Of a DNA stretch of 60,533 nucleotides, positions 36,404 to 45,683 are shown piece after piece (within the stretch, counting starts at the first letter, position 1; every line of letters begins with the position of its first letter). Origin of the DNA: an uncultured virus (IMG/VR IMGVR_UViG_3300023081_000006) (Duplodnaviria > Heunggongvirae > Uroviricota > Caudoviricetes); IMG/VR virus record IMGVR_UViG_3300023081_000006, one strand, 5' to 3'. The position numbers were made by a program, and so were the translations under genes. The notes beneath the pieces were generated by a model. That model was given only the letters and a program-made list of their open reading frames with translations, made no database searches and had not been told where the DNA came from.

Positions 36404-37066
36404 TTAGTTATTTATAACTTCAGTCTCATAACTGTCTCTAGCGTTGAGCAATTTTTCTACATAGTTATCACGTTTTTCAACATGCACTATTGGCTCTTCG
36501 CCTTCAACAGCCATAAGAATGACTGATTGAGAAACAGGTATTCCTGTTCTTTCCTCAAACATTATAGCATAGGCAGAGCATTGAATAAAATAATTTTCGC
36601 ACTGACTTCTGCTTTTTGGTTTCATTGACGTTTTAAAGTCAATTACAGATAGTTTACCATTATATTCTGCAATACAGTCAACCTGTCCTGCAAGACGTAA
36701 ATGATCACTATACATTTTTGCCTCGATTGCTCTGATATTATCAATATCATCTAACAAAGGGCGAAACTTACGAAACATTTCCTTATCAATATAATTGAGG
36801 TTTGTATCCTCAGTCAATTCATTATTAAGAATGTCTTCGCAAAGTTTGTGAATCTTTGTACCACGAGTTGTGGCACGTCTACTAATTTTATCTGCTTCTT
36901 TTTCGCCTATTCTTTTACGCCAAGCTTGAATGTATGGCTTAGACTTATGAGATAAAATAGTTGTAACAGATGGATATTGAGTCCCGGACGGAGTAACATA
37001 TCTCCGCCCGTTCTCAGTATTAACCTGTTTAAGTTGTGGTATCTCTACCAAATTATGTGTAAACAA
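36404..37066 (-). CDS. PD-(D/E)XK Cas4-like exonuclease
   Basis: YPSVTTIL, RGT.IH, AG.VDCIAEY.GKLSVIDFKTS, YFIQ..AYA.M.EE.TG. Confidence 0.88.
   Translation of the reverse strand: MFTHNLVEIPQLKQVNTENGRRYVTPSGTQYPSVTTILSHKSKPYIQAWRKRIGEKEADKISRRATTRGTKIHKLCEDILNNELTEDTNLNYIDKEMFRKFRPLLDDIDNIRAIEAKMYSDHLRLAGQVDCIAEYNGKLSVIDFKTSMKPKSRSQCENYFIQCSAYAIMFEERTGIPVSQSVILMAVEGEEPIVHVEKRDNYVEKLLNARDSYETEVINN
36409..36416 (-). promoter_or_regulatory. T4-type late promoter driving the tmRNA
   Basis: TATAAATA immediately upstream of the acceptor piece. Confidence 0.75.
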
Positions 37067-37453
37067 TTAAATAAAACTCCCGTCTCTTGGAGTTCCTGCC
37101 ATAACACCTGAACAGTAACCAGGTCCGTATTGTAGCCTACTGTTCATTTCATAACCTTCGAACAAGTTACCTCTAGCTTTGTTAAGAGCTGGACCTGCCC
37201 AACTCTGAGCTAAAAGTACATCGCCTTCTTTGAACTTCTCATGGGCTAAGTTAATAAAACCCCAAACAGATCTGGAACCACCTCGGTCCTCTCTGATGAT
37301 TTTAATAAACTTTCTACCAGCCTTGTAAGTACAATTAAAGCCAGTTAAGGTAGGATATGATTCGTTATGTTGTGCTACGATATCATCACAAAGTTTCTGT
37401 ACAGCTAATTCTAGTTTGTTTTCCATTTTTAAGTCCTCACTTTTATTTTTCAT
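37067..37453 (-). CDS. Conserved hypothetical early protein
   Basis: GRKFIKI, SVWGFI, GDVLLAQSW..PALNKARGN motif; true start may be MENKL after a GAGG SD. Confidence 0.75.
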   Translation of the reverse strand: MKNKSEDLKMENKLELAVQKLCDDIVAQHNESYPTLTGFNCTYKAGRKFIKIIREDRGGSRSVWGFINLAHEKFKEGDVLLAQSWAGPALNKARGNLFEGYEMNSRLQYGPGYCSGVMAGTPRDGSFI

Positions 37454-37459
37454 ACTACT

Positions 37460-37520
37460 ATTATAGCACTAAATCTATCATTTGTCAAGCATTTTTTTGA
37501 CTTTTTTTGACTTTTTTTTC
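37460..37520 (-). promoter_or_regulatory. Strong sigma70-type early promoter with extended -10 and A-tract UP element
   Basis: TTGACA (37483-88)-N17-TATAAT (37460-65), TG at extended -10, phased AAAAAAAGTC repeats upstream. Confidence 0.88.
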
Positions 37521-37537
37521 GTTATATAATCAATAAC

Positions 37538-38653
37538 TTAGGACTTACCGTAGTCTCCCTCGCCAAATATACTGTTCATGAGGGTCTTTTTCTGCTCATT
37601 TACACCGCACAAATTCCAACAAATAGCACATTTTTTCTCTTGCCAAGAGTCTTCAAACCACTGGAAAGGTTTGCTTTCTAGGATCTCTTTGAGGGGTCTT
37701 TTGTGTAAAGACAGCTCATGCTTGTCCATGTAATGTTTGATTTGAACTTTTAGGATCTGTGAGGACTTAAATCCTATTCTTGTAAAAGCTCCTATGTGGC
37801 AACATGGGTGTACATCTCCCCAGGCACTGATTCGTATTTCCTGATTTCCACTTCTTGCAGAAAAACATTTAATCTCTCCTGGCTCATCCTTATATCTAGT
37901 TTCATATTGTTCCTTCATATTCTCGTAATTCAGATCTTCTGCCATACCTATGAATACAATAGGACGTTCAGTAAAGGTTACTGATGTTGGAGCGGGCTCT
38001 ACTTCATAAAGTGTATTACCTTCCTTATCCTTAGCAATTAAATTTCCTTCTCCGCCCATGCCATTAGCATTTTTGGCATAGAACTTTGTAAAGCCAAGTT
38101 CGTCAGCTAATTTTTTAGCTTCTTCTACTTGATGTACATTGTATCCAAAGATTAAAAAATCCCATAAAGCACTAGCGCCGGTATCTAAATAAGCCTTAAC
38201 ATTTTCCATCACCTTATCCCACTTTACCTTTCTTCGATATAAGTGATTGGTGTCTTCTAATCCGTCTATGGAAAATGTAACAGTACGTCTAGAATCTTTT
38301 TTCATTACATTGCCAAGTTTTGTCCAAAAATCAGTATTTTTCATTCCACCGTTGGTACATAAATTTACAACCATTGTTGGATTGGCTTCAAAGATATATT
38401 CTAGTATTTCTATAATTTCTGGGTTTGTCATAGGGTCTCCGTAATCCCCAGAAAATGTTATGTGATTGATCTTTGAAAGAAATTCTATAGATAGCCAATT
38501 TTTAAAGTCTTCTGCTTTAATATAGGTTAGTGTTATATTAGGATTTAAATTTGGAGAACCTCGATCCTCAAATCTAGCACAAAAAAGACATTCGGCATTA
38601 CAGAGACTAGATGCTTCAATGTTCAAAGACGTTATTTTATCATATTCCCACAT
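37538..38653 (-). CDS. Radical SAM protein with SPASM/twitch-like C-terminus
   Basis: CNAECLFC, GDYGDP, TNGG, FSIDG, C-terminal GDVHPCC and CAICWNLC. Confidence 0.9.
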   Translation of the reverse strand: MWEYDKITSLNIEASSLCNAECLFCARFEDRGSPNLNPNITLTYIKAEDFKNWLSIEFLSKINHITFSGDYGDPMTNPEIIEILEYIFEANPTMVVNLCTNGGMKNTDFWTKLGNVMKKDSRRTVTFSIDGLEDTNHLYRRKVKWDKVMENVKAYLDTGASALWDFLIFGYNVHQVEEAKKLADELGFTKFYAKNANGMGGEGNLIAKDKEGNTLYEVEPAPTSVTFTERPIVFIGMAEDLNYENMKEQYETRYKDEPGEIKCFSARSGNQEIRISAWGDVHPCCHIGAFTRIGFKSSQILKVQIKHYMDKHELSLHKRPLKEILESKPFQWFEDSWQEKKCAICWNLCGVNEQKKTLMNSIFGEGDYGKS

Positions 38654-39261
38654 TATACTTCCATTATACTTTTGGTTTCGTTGATGACCTTGCCGTTGAA
38701 TTCTTCATCCAATTCAAATAAAACTTTAGCAACATGTTTGGCATAATTCTCATGTAAAGTAACACGATGTGGCTCGTAACCAACATGTATGCCTTCCGAA
38801 TGTTTCGCAAAAGAAAACATAAGGTGCATTATAGTAGATTTATAGCTAGCATACCCTGCCATTTCACTACCACCAAACGATTCCCTATTTTTTATTCTTG
38901 TAAAGGGAGAGGTCACCCAAATAGTTTTATCAGATTTTATTTCACGTGATATACGATACGGCAAGTAGCAGTTTATTGACAGTCCTGTTGTCCATTCTTG
39001 TTCTAAAGCAATAAAGGCATCGAAGGCTCCTTGATTAGGTCCTCCCCAACAGTTTTGATTATAATAAACTAAATCGTATTCACTATCAAGCTCTTGTAAC
39101 AATTCCTCAATACAAATATCCTGCCAATTGACTTTAATTATCTTAGCTTGTATATCTGGATCAGAACTTGTAACAATGTGCAGTTCATTGTAATATTCTT
39201 TTAGGGCGTGGGCTAAGTACAATCCAGACTTAGACCCACACCCAAGAAGCAATGCTTTCAT
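38653..39261 (-). CDS. Atypical short-chain dehydrogenase-like Rossmann protein
   Basis: ALLLGCGSKSG and YASYK (YxxxK) motifs. Confidence 0.55.
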   Translation of the reverse strand: MKALLLGCGSKSGLYLAHALKEYYNELHIVTSSDPDIQAKIIKVNWQDICIEELLQELDSEYDLVYYNQNCWGGPNQGAFDAFIALEQEWTTGLSINCYLPYRISREIKSDKTIWVTSPFTRIKNRESFGGSEMAGYASYKSTIMHLMFSFAKHSEGIHVGYEPHRVTLHENYAKHVAKVLFELDEEFNGKVINETKSIMEV

Positions 39262-39284
39262 ATTTTACCCATCCTAAAAAAATA

Positions 39285-39313
39285 ATTATATACTCTTTTT
39301 ATTTATATGTCAA
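39285..39313 (-). promoter_or_regulatory. Sigma70 promoter with a late promoter nested in its spacer
   Basis: TTGACA 39308-13, TATAAT 39285-90 (N17); TATAAATA at 39300-39307. Confidence 0.75.
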
Positions 39314-40062
39314 GTCTCATGAGCATCTTCGTATGCCATTCTTGCTTCAATATATTCTCTAACCATATCAGATCTCACAATGTCCTCAGGTGTAAATTCT
39401 AATAGATTAAAGGACGGCATATTCTCTGCAATTTGAATAAACTTCTTTAGTCCAGACATATCGTTTCTTTTGTATAAGTCTGTCTGCCTAAAATCACCGC
39501 AAAAGATAATCTTAGAATTGTGTCCTAGCCTAGTCATTATAGAGTTGATTTCCATGTCATTCATATTCTGACATTCGTCAACAATAATAATGGCATTGTC
39601 TAATGTAATACCTCTAACAAAAGATGTACACATAAACTCTAAATGCTTTTGCTCTAACAATCTTTGATAAGGTTTTTCTTTTTGAGGAAAAAAGTCCTTA
39701 CACATTTGTTGATATGGCAATGTGTATACTTCTGTTTTTTCCTCTTGATCACCAGGTAAGTGCCCAATCTCTCTAGAAGGTACTGCGGATCTAACAATGA
39801 CTACTTTATTGTTAGATGTACCTTTCATCAAGACTTGTTCTAATGCTCGGTACAAGGCAATAAATGTTTTACCTGTTCCTGCGCAGCCGTGTAATAAAAA
39901 AGCGTCTTGATGTTTGTATAATGAGAAAAATTGTCCTTGCGTTTCAGTCATTGCATCGAATGTTGCCATGTCATCAATTTTCATCTTACAATGATTGTTG
40001 ACAGGGGGTTCTCTTCTTATATCATTATTAGGAACGACTGAAAGTGGTTTTCTTTTCGGCAT
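39310..40062 (-). CDS. phoH: PhoH-family ATPase
   Basis: GCAGTGKT, RSAVPSREIGHLPG...EK, RGIT, IVDECQN, TRLG, GDFRQTD, DIVRS. Confidence 0.95.
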   Translation of the reverse strand: MPKRKPLSVVPNNDIRREPPVNNHCKMKIDDMATFDAMTETQGQFFSLYKHQDAFLLHGCAGTGKTFIALYRALEQVLMKGTSNNKVVIVRSAVPSREIGHLPGDQEEKTEVYTLPYQQMCKDFFPQKEKPYQRLLEQKHLEFMCTSFVRGITLDNAIIIVDECQNMNDMEINSIMTRLGHNSKIIFCGDFRQTDLYKRNDMSGLKKFIQIAENMPSFNLLEFTPEDIVRSDMVREYIEARMAYEDAHET

Positions 40063-40084
40063 CTGGATCTCCGTCTAGGTTATG

Positions 40085-40119
40085 AAAGAAAGGCGACAAA
40101 GCACTAGACTATGTCGCCT
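40085..40119 (-). terminator. Terminator-like hairpin in the phoH leader
   Basis: AGGCGACA...TGTCGCCT followed by TTCTTTC. Confidence 0.5.
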
Positions 40120-40162
40120 CAGTTTACGTTGTTGTTATAAGAGTTGTTTATAACTCTTTCCT

Positions 40163-40477
40163 TTACTCTGAAGAATTGCCTAATTTCTTCTTAAGTTTAT
40201 TAGTTACTTCTCTCACTTTCGCAGACTTGGCATCCTTTTTACCCCAAGTATTAGCTAGGTCGCTGGTTGGGTTAGCTTCGGCTACCTTTGATAAAACATC
40301 CTTAAAACCCGATGGTGGCTTTGTACGATCTCCTGTTGCTTGTACGAGACCGGGGGCCTTTAATATAATAGACTCCATATTAGGATTGTCTACTAAAAAT
40401 TGTTCTTTGTCTTTCCAGCTCATCCAATGTTCTTCGACTTCGCCGGTTTCGTTATTAATAAAATTATATATTGGCAT
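40163..40477 (-). CDS. FmdB-like small conserved T4-like protein
   Basis: MPIYNF.N.ETGE, FL.DNP, GFKDVLSK. Confidence 0.7.
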   Translation of the reverse strand: MPIYNFINNETGEVEEHWMSWKDKEQFLVDNPNMESIILKAPGLVQATGDRTKPPSGFKDVLSKVAEANPTSDLANTWGKKDAKSAKVREVTNKLKKKLGNSSE

Positions 40478-40797
40478 TAACCTGTCTTCTCGTCATATAT
40501 TTCTTCAATATTTTCTAAAATTGTTTTTAAAAGTTCTAAGGCTGTATGAGATAACAATCTTGTATGCCTTAATTTTTGTAAGCACTGTTTTATATAGTTA
40601 GGTTCAACACCCTTCAGTGTTTGTCTTGTGTACCTAAGTTCTCTAAATCCAAACATGTTGAGAGCAAGTAAAGCTAAGTCTATTTGTTCCTCAGTATAGA
40701 AAGACATCCGATACCCGATAATCTTTTTCGGAATCTCTTTTGCCCGTACCGGTTTAAACTTTAATACTTGTCCCATAAAATTATTTATTTCTTTCAA
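40477..40797 (-). CDS. Hypothetical protein
   Basis: ORF; probable start at MGQVLKFKP. Confidence 0.65.
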   Translation of the reverse strand: MKEINNFMGQVLKFKPVRAKEIPKKIIGYRMSFYTEEQIDLALLALNMFGFRELRYTRQTLKGVEPNYIKQCLQKLRHTRLLSHTALELLKTILENIEEIYDEKTG

Positions 40798-40836
40798 AAA
40801 TTGTAAAATGCTTATAAATATATTTGAAAAATAATT

Positions 40837-42273
40837 TTAAAAAACTTTTACTTTGTAATGTTTCTCAAATTCTATAGCATCAGCTTTAGTGTTTACAATA
40901 GGTTGTCCTTTGATATTCAAACTTGTATTCAACAACATAGGACATCTTGTTTTAGTTTTCCACTTTGTTAATAACTTATAAAGCCCTGGATTCTCATCCT
41001 TTGTAACTGTTTGAACTCTGCTAGTTCCGTCTTGATGAACAATAGCAGGATACTTTTTAGGTCTCTTTGCAGTTACAATATATTGCATATATGGAGACTT
41101 AAATCCTTCCTCAACATTAAATTCTTTGTGAACATCTTCAAGTCTAATAACAGGAGCAAAGGGTCTATACTCTTGTCTGTTTTTAATCTTGTTTACTTTA
41201 TCTTTCATTTCCATGCCTCTAGGATCAGCGAGCAGAGAGCGATTGCCCAAAGCACGAGGCCCAAATTCAGCACGGCCGTTTGCCACCCCGCAGATCCCAG
41301 TGGTAACCAATTCTTCCAAAACTTCACTTACAGGATATTCCCCCTCAATGTTGTAACCTAGATAAGGACCTTGCCAATTTATTTTTTCTCCTTTGTTTGC
41401 TAGTATAGCACCCAAAGATGAACCAGCATCACCTGGGTTAGGCATAATCCAACTTTCATCAAAATATTGTGATATCAATCTGTTGGCCAAACAATTTAAA
41501 GCACACCCTCCCATTACAACAATGTTTTTCTCGCCTGTTATTTTCTTTGTTTCTTTTAATAACGCTGTAAATTTAAATTCATAAAATTTTTGTACAGAAG
41601 CGGCAATGTCAAAATATTCTTGTTCTGTATATAACTCAGCACGCCAAGGCCTAATGCCCCTATGAAAATTTAATCCAGAATTCCAAAGATATTCAACGTC
41701 TTTATAATACTTATTAGGGTCTCCGTAAGCAGCCATACCCATTAAAATATATTCGTCTTCGTTTGCCTTTAGCCCTACCCTATCAGTAAATGCAGAATAC
41801 ATCAATCCCAATGACTTTGGGTAATACCAACGTTTTTTACATTTCATTTTATTGCCGTTGGCTTGCCATATAGAAGTGGTTGTAAATTCTCCTATAGCAT
41901 CTATTACTAATATTGCTGCTTTATCAAATTTAGAAGTATAGTAGCCTGCCGCTGCGTGGGATTTGTGATGATCACCCCATTCAATTTTTGTTTTTGTAAT
42001 GCCATATTGTTTCATGTAAACTGCAGGATTTAACCATCTGTTTTTCTGTCCAGCATAAACTTTTCTTAAAAACTTCCAACTAGGATCTTCGTACCAATGT
42101 ATTTTATCAGGATACCCAAACTTTAGTGCATCCTTTACAATAACATTATTTAAATCTTTATCGTTTTTAACTCTACTGTATCTTTCCGAATGAGATGCAA
42201 ATACGATCTCATCGTCCTTAACTACTGTAAGAGAACCGTCATGCGTGCCTGCTGCTACGCCCCATTCTATCAT
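40837..42273 (-). CDS. Carbamoyltransferase (NodU/CmcH/TobZ family)
   Basis: HDGS, SERYSRVKND, HHKSHAA, DAIGE, MGMAAYG, GGCALNC, PGDAG, EFGPRALGNRS, RPFAP, H.DGTSRVQTV, LNTSLN; start moved to the ATGA overlap at 42273. Confidence 0.95.
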   Translation of the reverse strand: MIEWGVAAGTHDGSLTVVKDDEIVFASHSERYSRVKNDKDLNNVIVKDALKFGYPDKIHWYEDPSWKFLRKVYAGQKNRWLNPAVYMKQYGITKTKIEWGDHHKSHAAAGYYTSKFDKAAILVIDAIGEFTTTSIWQANGNKMKCKKRWYYPKSLGLMYSAFTDRVGLKANEDEYILMGMAAYGDPNKYYKDVEYLWNSGLNFHRGIRPWRAELYTEQEYFDIAASVQKFYEFKFTALLKETKKITGEKNIVVMGGCALNCLANRLISQYFDESWIMPNPGDAGSSLGAILANKGEKINWQGPYLGYNIEGEYPVSEVLEELVTTGICGVANGRAEFGPRALGNRSLLADPRGMEMKDKVNKIKNRQEYRPFAPVIRLEDVHKEFNVEEGFKSPYMQYIVTAKRPKKYPAIVHQDGTSRVQTVTKDENPGLYKLLTKWKTKTRCPMLLNTSLNIKGQPIVNTKADAIEFEKHYKVKVF

Positions 42274-43775
42274 TGATATTTTCTCCATAAATCAGTGAAC
42301 TCTGGAAACACCTCTAAAAAATCTGTGTCTCTTCTTTGATCATGCTGTGTAAAAAATCTAACTAAGTTTTTTCTAGCAACAACAGCATCTTCTTGAGAAA
42401 TATTATTTTCTCTCATCCACTCTAAGTTTCTTTTAACCTTTGCAATTTCAAAATCATAAAATCCTGCAAAGTTATCCACATTAGAATTTTCCTCCATAAA
42501 CTTAATAGCTTCTTCTAAATATATCTCAAACTCTTGTGGTAGAGTATTAATACATTGCCAAGAAGGGTTTCTCAATAGAGGAACATCAAACCATATTCTT
42601 TGTCTGGGGTGTATTTCATAATCTGGATGTGTATTGTATTGATCATAGATAGGAATATATTTAACTCCCTGGTTTTCTCGACTATATGCCGTTCTTAATT
42701 CTAAAATATACTCCAAAAATTCTTTAAAGCTAGTTAAACTGAGGCTATTAAAAGTATTAATAAAGGTTAAAGTTGTATTGCATGTCTCTGACATTACTCT
42801 TTCAACGTTGTCCTGTAATAGATTATAATCCATACCATTTCTAATATACTCTGCTTGTTTGCCGGCTCCATCTAAACTAACAAACACTGCAAAGTTTTTA
42901 ACAGCCATGTTCACATACCAATTATTACCTGAACCTGGGTTCCAACGTTCACTTTTCCAAATTTGTATCTCTTCTAGCTTTCTAAGTTTTTCAATAAACT
43001 TGTCCATCAATTTATCTTTAGGAGGACACATGTTGCTTGTAACACTAACTTCTAACCAAGCATTAGGATTTTCATAAATGTAATCTAATACCTTAAAAGT
43101 ATTGGAGTCCATTAATGGTTCTCCCCCGGTCATTCTAAAAACTTCTAGTGTCTTATAAAGCTCGGGCCACCATTTCCAAAAAGCCTGAATATATGGATTG
43201 TCATCCTGTGCCTCTTTAATAGGCATTAAATCTATTAAGTGAGAAGTGTCATTATGTTTTGTTGGCTGTCCTTTATCATCTAAAACATGATAAGGCCCGT
43301 GTTGTTTTATTTCTTTTTCCCACGTATTGGATAAATGTGGAGAACAATACGAACATTTAAAGTTACATGCTTGATTAAAATTAACCTCAACATAACGAGG
43401 ATTGATGTCATCAACATTCAATGCTTGTATAATATCCTTCCTAGCATTTTGTGCCCAATACTCACCACTTCTATAGATTCTATCGCTTCTTCCGCCAACG
43501 TCCTCAATCTTCCAACAATATGAACAACCCTCAGGACGCTTTCCTTCAAGCATCATCTTACGTTCTTCTTTTTTCTGTTTTGTGTTGTGAAGTGCTGACG
43601 GATTGTCTTGTATTTCTTTAACGTCTATTGCGTGTGTAGGTGGGTGATAGCAGCTATGTGTTCTGCCATTTGTTAAATGCAAGGAAACTTGTGCCCATTT
43701 AGCATAGCACATAGTTTTAGAAATGTTTCGCAGTTGTCTCTCAGCTACATCTGCAGAGACATCATAATCACTCAT
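42270..43775 (-). CDS. Radical SAM protein with N-terminal twitch-like domain
   Basis: CYAKW...SCYH...CSYCW, CNFKCSYC, GGEPL. Confidence 0.9.
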   Translation of the reverse strand: MSDYDVSADVAERQLRNISKTMCYAKWAQVSLHLTNGRTHSCYHPPTHAIDVKEIQDNPSALHNTKQKKEERKMMLEGKRPEGCSYCWKIEDVGGRSDRIYRSGEYWAQNARKDIIQALNVDDINPRYVEVNFNQACNFKCSYCSPHLSNTWEKEIKQHGPYHVLDDKGQPTKHNDTSHLIDLMPIKEAQDDNPYIQAFWKWWPELYKTLEVFRMTGGEPLMDSNTFKVLDYIYENPNAWLEVSVTSNMCPPKDKLMDKFIEKLRKLEEIQIWKSERWNPGSGNNWYVNMAVKNFAVFVSLDGAGKQAEYIRNGMDYNLLQDNVERVMSETCNTTLTFINTFNSLSLTSFKEFLEYILELRTAYSRENQGVKYIPIYDQYNTHPDYEIHPRQRIWFDVPLLRNPSWQCINTLPQEFEIYLEEAIKFMEENSNVDNFAGFYDFEIAKVKRNLEWMRENNISQEDAVVARKNLVRFFTQHDQRRDTDFLEVFPEFTDLWRKYQ

Positions 43776-43778
43776 AAT

Positions 43779-43946
43779 TTACTCGTATATAAAAGGATCT
43801 CTTTTTCTTAATTCTTCAATTCGCTTTCTAATTGCTTCTTGTTCAGCATCAAGAGTTTCACCCTCTTCACCAACTCCAGGATTGCCGTCAGAATTTAATT
43901 CTGTCATATCCTTTTGTTTGTCTTTATAGTTGTTTTCTTTATTCAT
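43779..43946 (-). CDS. 55-aa small protein ending RKRDPFIYE (not in ORF track)
   Basis: Manual translation MNKENNYKDKQKDMTELNSDGNPGVGEEGETLDAEQEAIRKRIEELRKRDPFIYE; AAGGAG SD. Confidence 0.75.
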   Translation of the reverse strand: MNKENNYKDKQKDMTELNSDGNPGVGEEGETLDAEQEAIRKRIEELRKRDPFIYE

Positions 43947-43973
43947 TATAACTCCTTTTTATTCATTTGTCAA
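43945..43973 (-). promoter_or_regulatory. Sigma70-type promoter TTGACA-N17-TATAAT
   Basis: Perfect consensus overlapping the SD and start of the 55-aa ORF. Confidence 0.6.
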
Positions 43974-43977
43974 GAAA

Positions 43978-44766
43978 TTAGCGTACTGTTACGCTATGAA
44001 CATACTGATATTTATATACTGCCAATAAGTCTGGTTTGTGATTTAGTTTTCCCAATCCTAAGTGTCCTATAGCCAAACGTTTATCATCTATATCATAAGG
44101 CAATTTATCTTGTATTTGCTTACAATAATTTTTGACTTTATTTGTTAATGCCTCCCTTCTCCAAGGCTTTCCATCTCTTCCCAACCAACAAACCAATGTG
44201 TTCTTAAGTAGACTTGTGGGTTTGATATGTTCCTTAGGCACATCTAAATCTTGATCATAATATATTTCTAATAAATGTTTTCCTATATGAGGATAGTTCA
44301 TATAAAGATGATCTTTCATGTATATTGGATTGAACATTTTATAATCTTCATCTTGTAAAGGTTCGCCGTCATCATTTTTTGCAGCTAACAAAAACCAAGG
44401 ATCTTTAACCTTACCTCTTTCAAAATCTTCTAAATGGTGTAAGTAATAATTAAAAGAACTTAACTGTTCCCTTAATTCTCCTTGAGCTGTTTTCATCATA
44501 TCCGGAAAATTAACATGTAATGTATTTAGATCATCTGCATCTTTAAAAACCTCAGGACAAAGTTCTTTTATTTTATCAACACAAGAATACATATTACTTT
44601 CTATTTGTTCTTTTGTTTCACCTAAATTATGGAATTGTTCTCTACTTACAAACTCCTGATCAAATGTCTTAAATCTTTGCCATATTCTTTCTGCCACACG
44701 ATTATCAAACATATTATAAGATAATGTGTACTCTGCATTTTTTCCTAGATGTACATCTAATATCAT
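43978..44766 (-). CDS. Hypothetical protein (start reassigned to ATGA overlap)
   Basis: LNTLHVNF, NYYLHHLE, YMNYPHIGK motifs; possible metal-binding helical protein. Confidence 0.7.
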   Translation of the reverse strand: MILDVHLGKNAEYTLSYNMFDNRVAERIWQRFKTFDQEFVSREQFHNLGETKEQIESNMYSCVDKIKELCPEVFKDADDLNTLHVNFPDMMKTAQGELREQLSSFNYYLHHLEDFERGKVKDPWFLLAAKNDDGEPLQDEDYKMFNPIYMKDHLYMNYPHIGKHLLEIYYDQDLDVPKEHIKPTSLLKNTLVCWLGRDGKPWRREALTNKVKNYCKQIQDKLPYDIDDKRLAIGHLGLGKLNHKPDLLAVYKYQYVHSVTVR

Positions 44767-45683
44767 AACAAAGGTGATAACTTCATAGCCAAAGCTTTGG
44801 CTGTATGTTCCATAGTTTTTGTTCCAGGATGTTGGCAATCTCTAGCCTTTGCCCATTTATCATGTTCTTCAGATAACCAAGGAACAAAAGTTGATCTTGT
44901 AGCGTGGGCTGATTCCTGAAACCAACTCCATTGAAACTCAGGTATATCACCACACATAACTTTAGCAAATTTTCCCCATTGATTAGCCTTTCCAATCTCA
45001 TTGTATGGATCTAAAAATAAAGTTAAGTATTGTTCTGTTCTATTAATACCGTTTGAAGAAACATTGCTCCTAGCTGGGTATTCTGCTATATCCCAAGGTC
45101 CAACGTTATAGTGCATTCCTTTCTGATAATAGATTGCTCTATCTGTTGTTGTCCAGCCAATACAAATTGCTTTTGGTTTTTTAAAGTAGGTTAATAAGTT
45201 TGCTAAGATCAAACAAATTAGTTCGTTAGAACCACCAGGTACACCTAAGTTAATTACAGGGTGCCCTAGCTCCTTGGATAGAAACTTGTCAAGTGTTTCA
45301 CTATCATCTATCCCAACACCATATACACAAGAACATCCTAGTAATACTATGGAGTTCCCCCAATCTACATCTTTCCAGTCAGGGGCTCTAAAACCGCTTG
45401 AATTTAAAATATAATTAACTTTTTCTTCTCTATACTTCCAGTCTTCAGGTGCATCTTTTAATCTTGTTTCAAAATCCTCTTCAGTATCACCAACACACCA
45501 TTCAAAAGAATCTCTTGTTATTGACTGATTGAATGTTAGGGGAAAATCTTTTTCCAATAATATAGATCCCGGAAAAGGACGTTTAATATAATAACTTTTA
45601 TTATCTCCAACTTCTCCCCTCTTTTTATTGGGGATAATATCTAATAAATCATTAAAACTATGTGGGTTATATTCTTTGTTCAT
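44763..45683 (-). CDS. SGNH-like protein
   Basis: NSSGFR, LGCSCVYGVG, INLGVPGGSN, ARDCQHPG. Confidence 0.7.
   Translation of the reverse strand: MNKEYNPHSFNDLLDIIPNKKRGEVGDNKSYYIKRPFPGSILLEKDFPLTFNQSITRDSFEWCVGDTEEDFETRLKDAPEDWKYREEKVNYILNSSGFRAPDWKDVDWGNSIVLLGCSCVYGVGIDDSETLDKFLSKELGHPVINLGVPGGSNELICLILANLLTYFKKPKAICIGWTTTDRAIYYQKGMHYNVGPWDIAEYPARSNVSSNGINRTEQYLTLFLDPYNEIGKANQWGKFAKVMCGDIPEFQWSWFQESAHATRSTFVPWLSEEHDKWAKARDCQHPGTKTMEHTAKALAMKLSPLL

Noticed and set aside
36404..37066. Cas4-like gene as evidence of a CRISPR system
   Set aside because: Stand-alone exonuclease common in T4-like phages; no array or other cas genes in the window
40063..40162. Pho box upstream of phoH
   Set aside because: No CTGTCAT-like 11-bp-period repeats visible
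40813..40820. Plus-strand TATAAATA as an antisense late promoter
   Set aside because: Lies in a very AT-rich gap with no plus-strand gene downstream; plausibly chance
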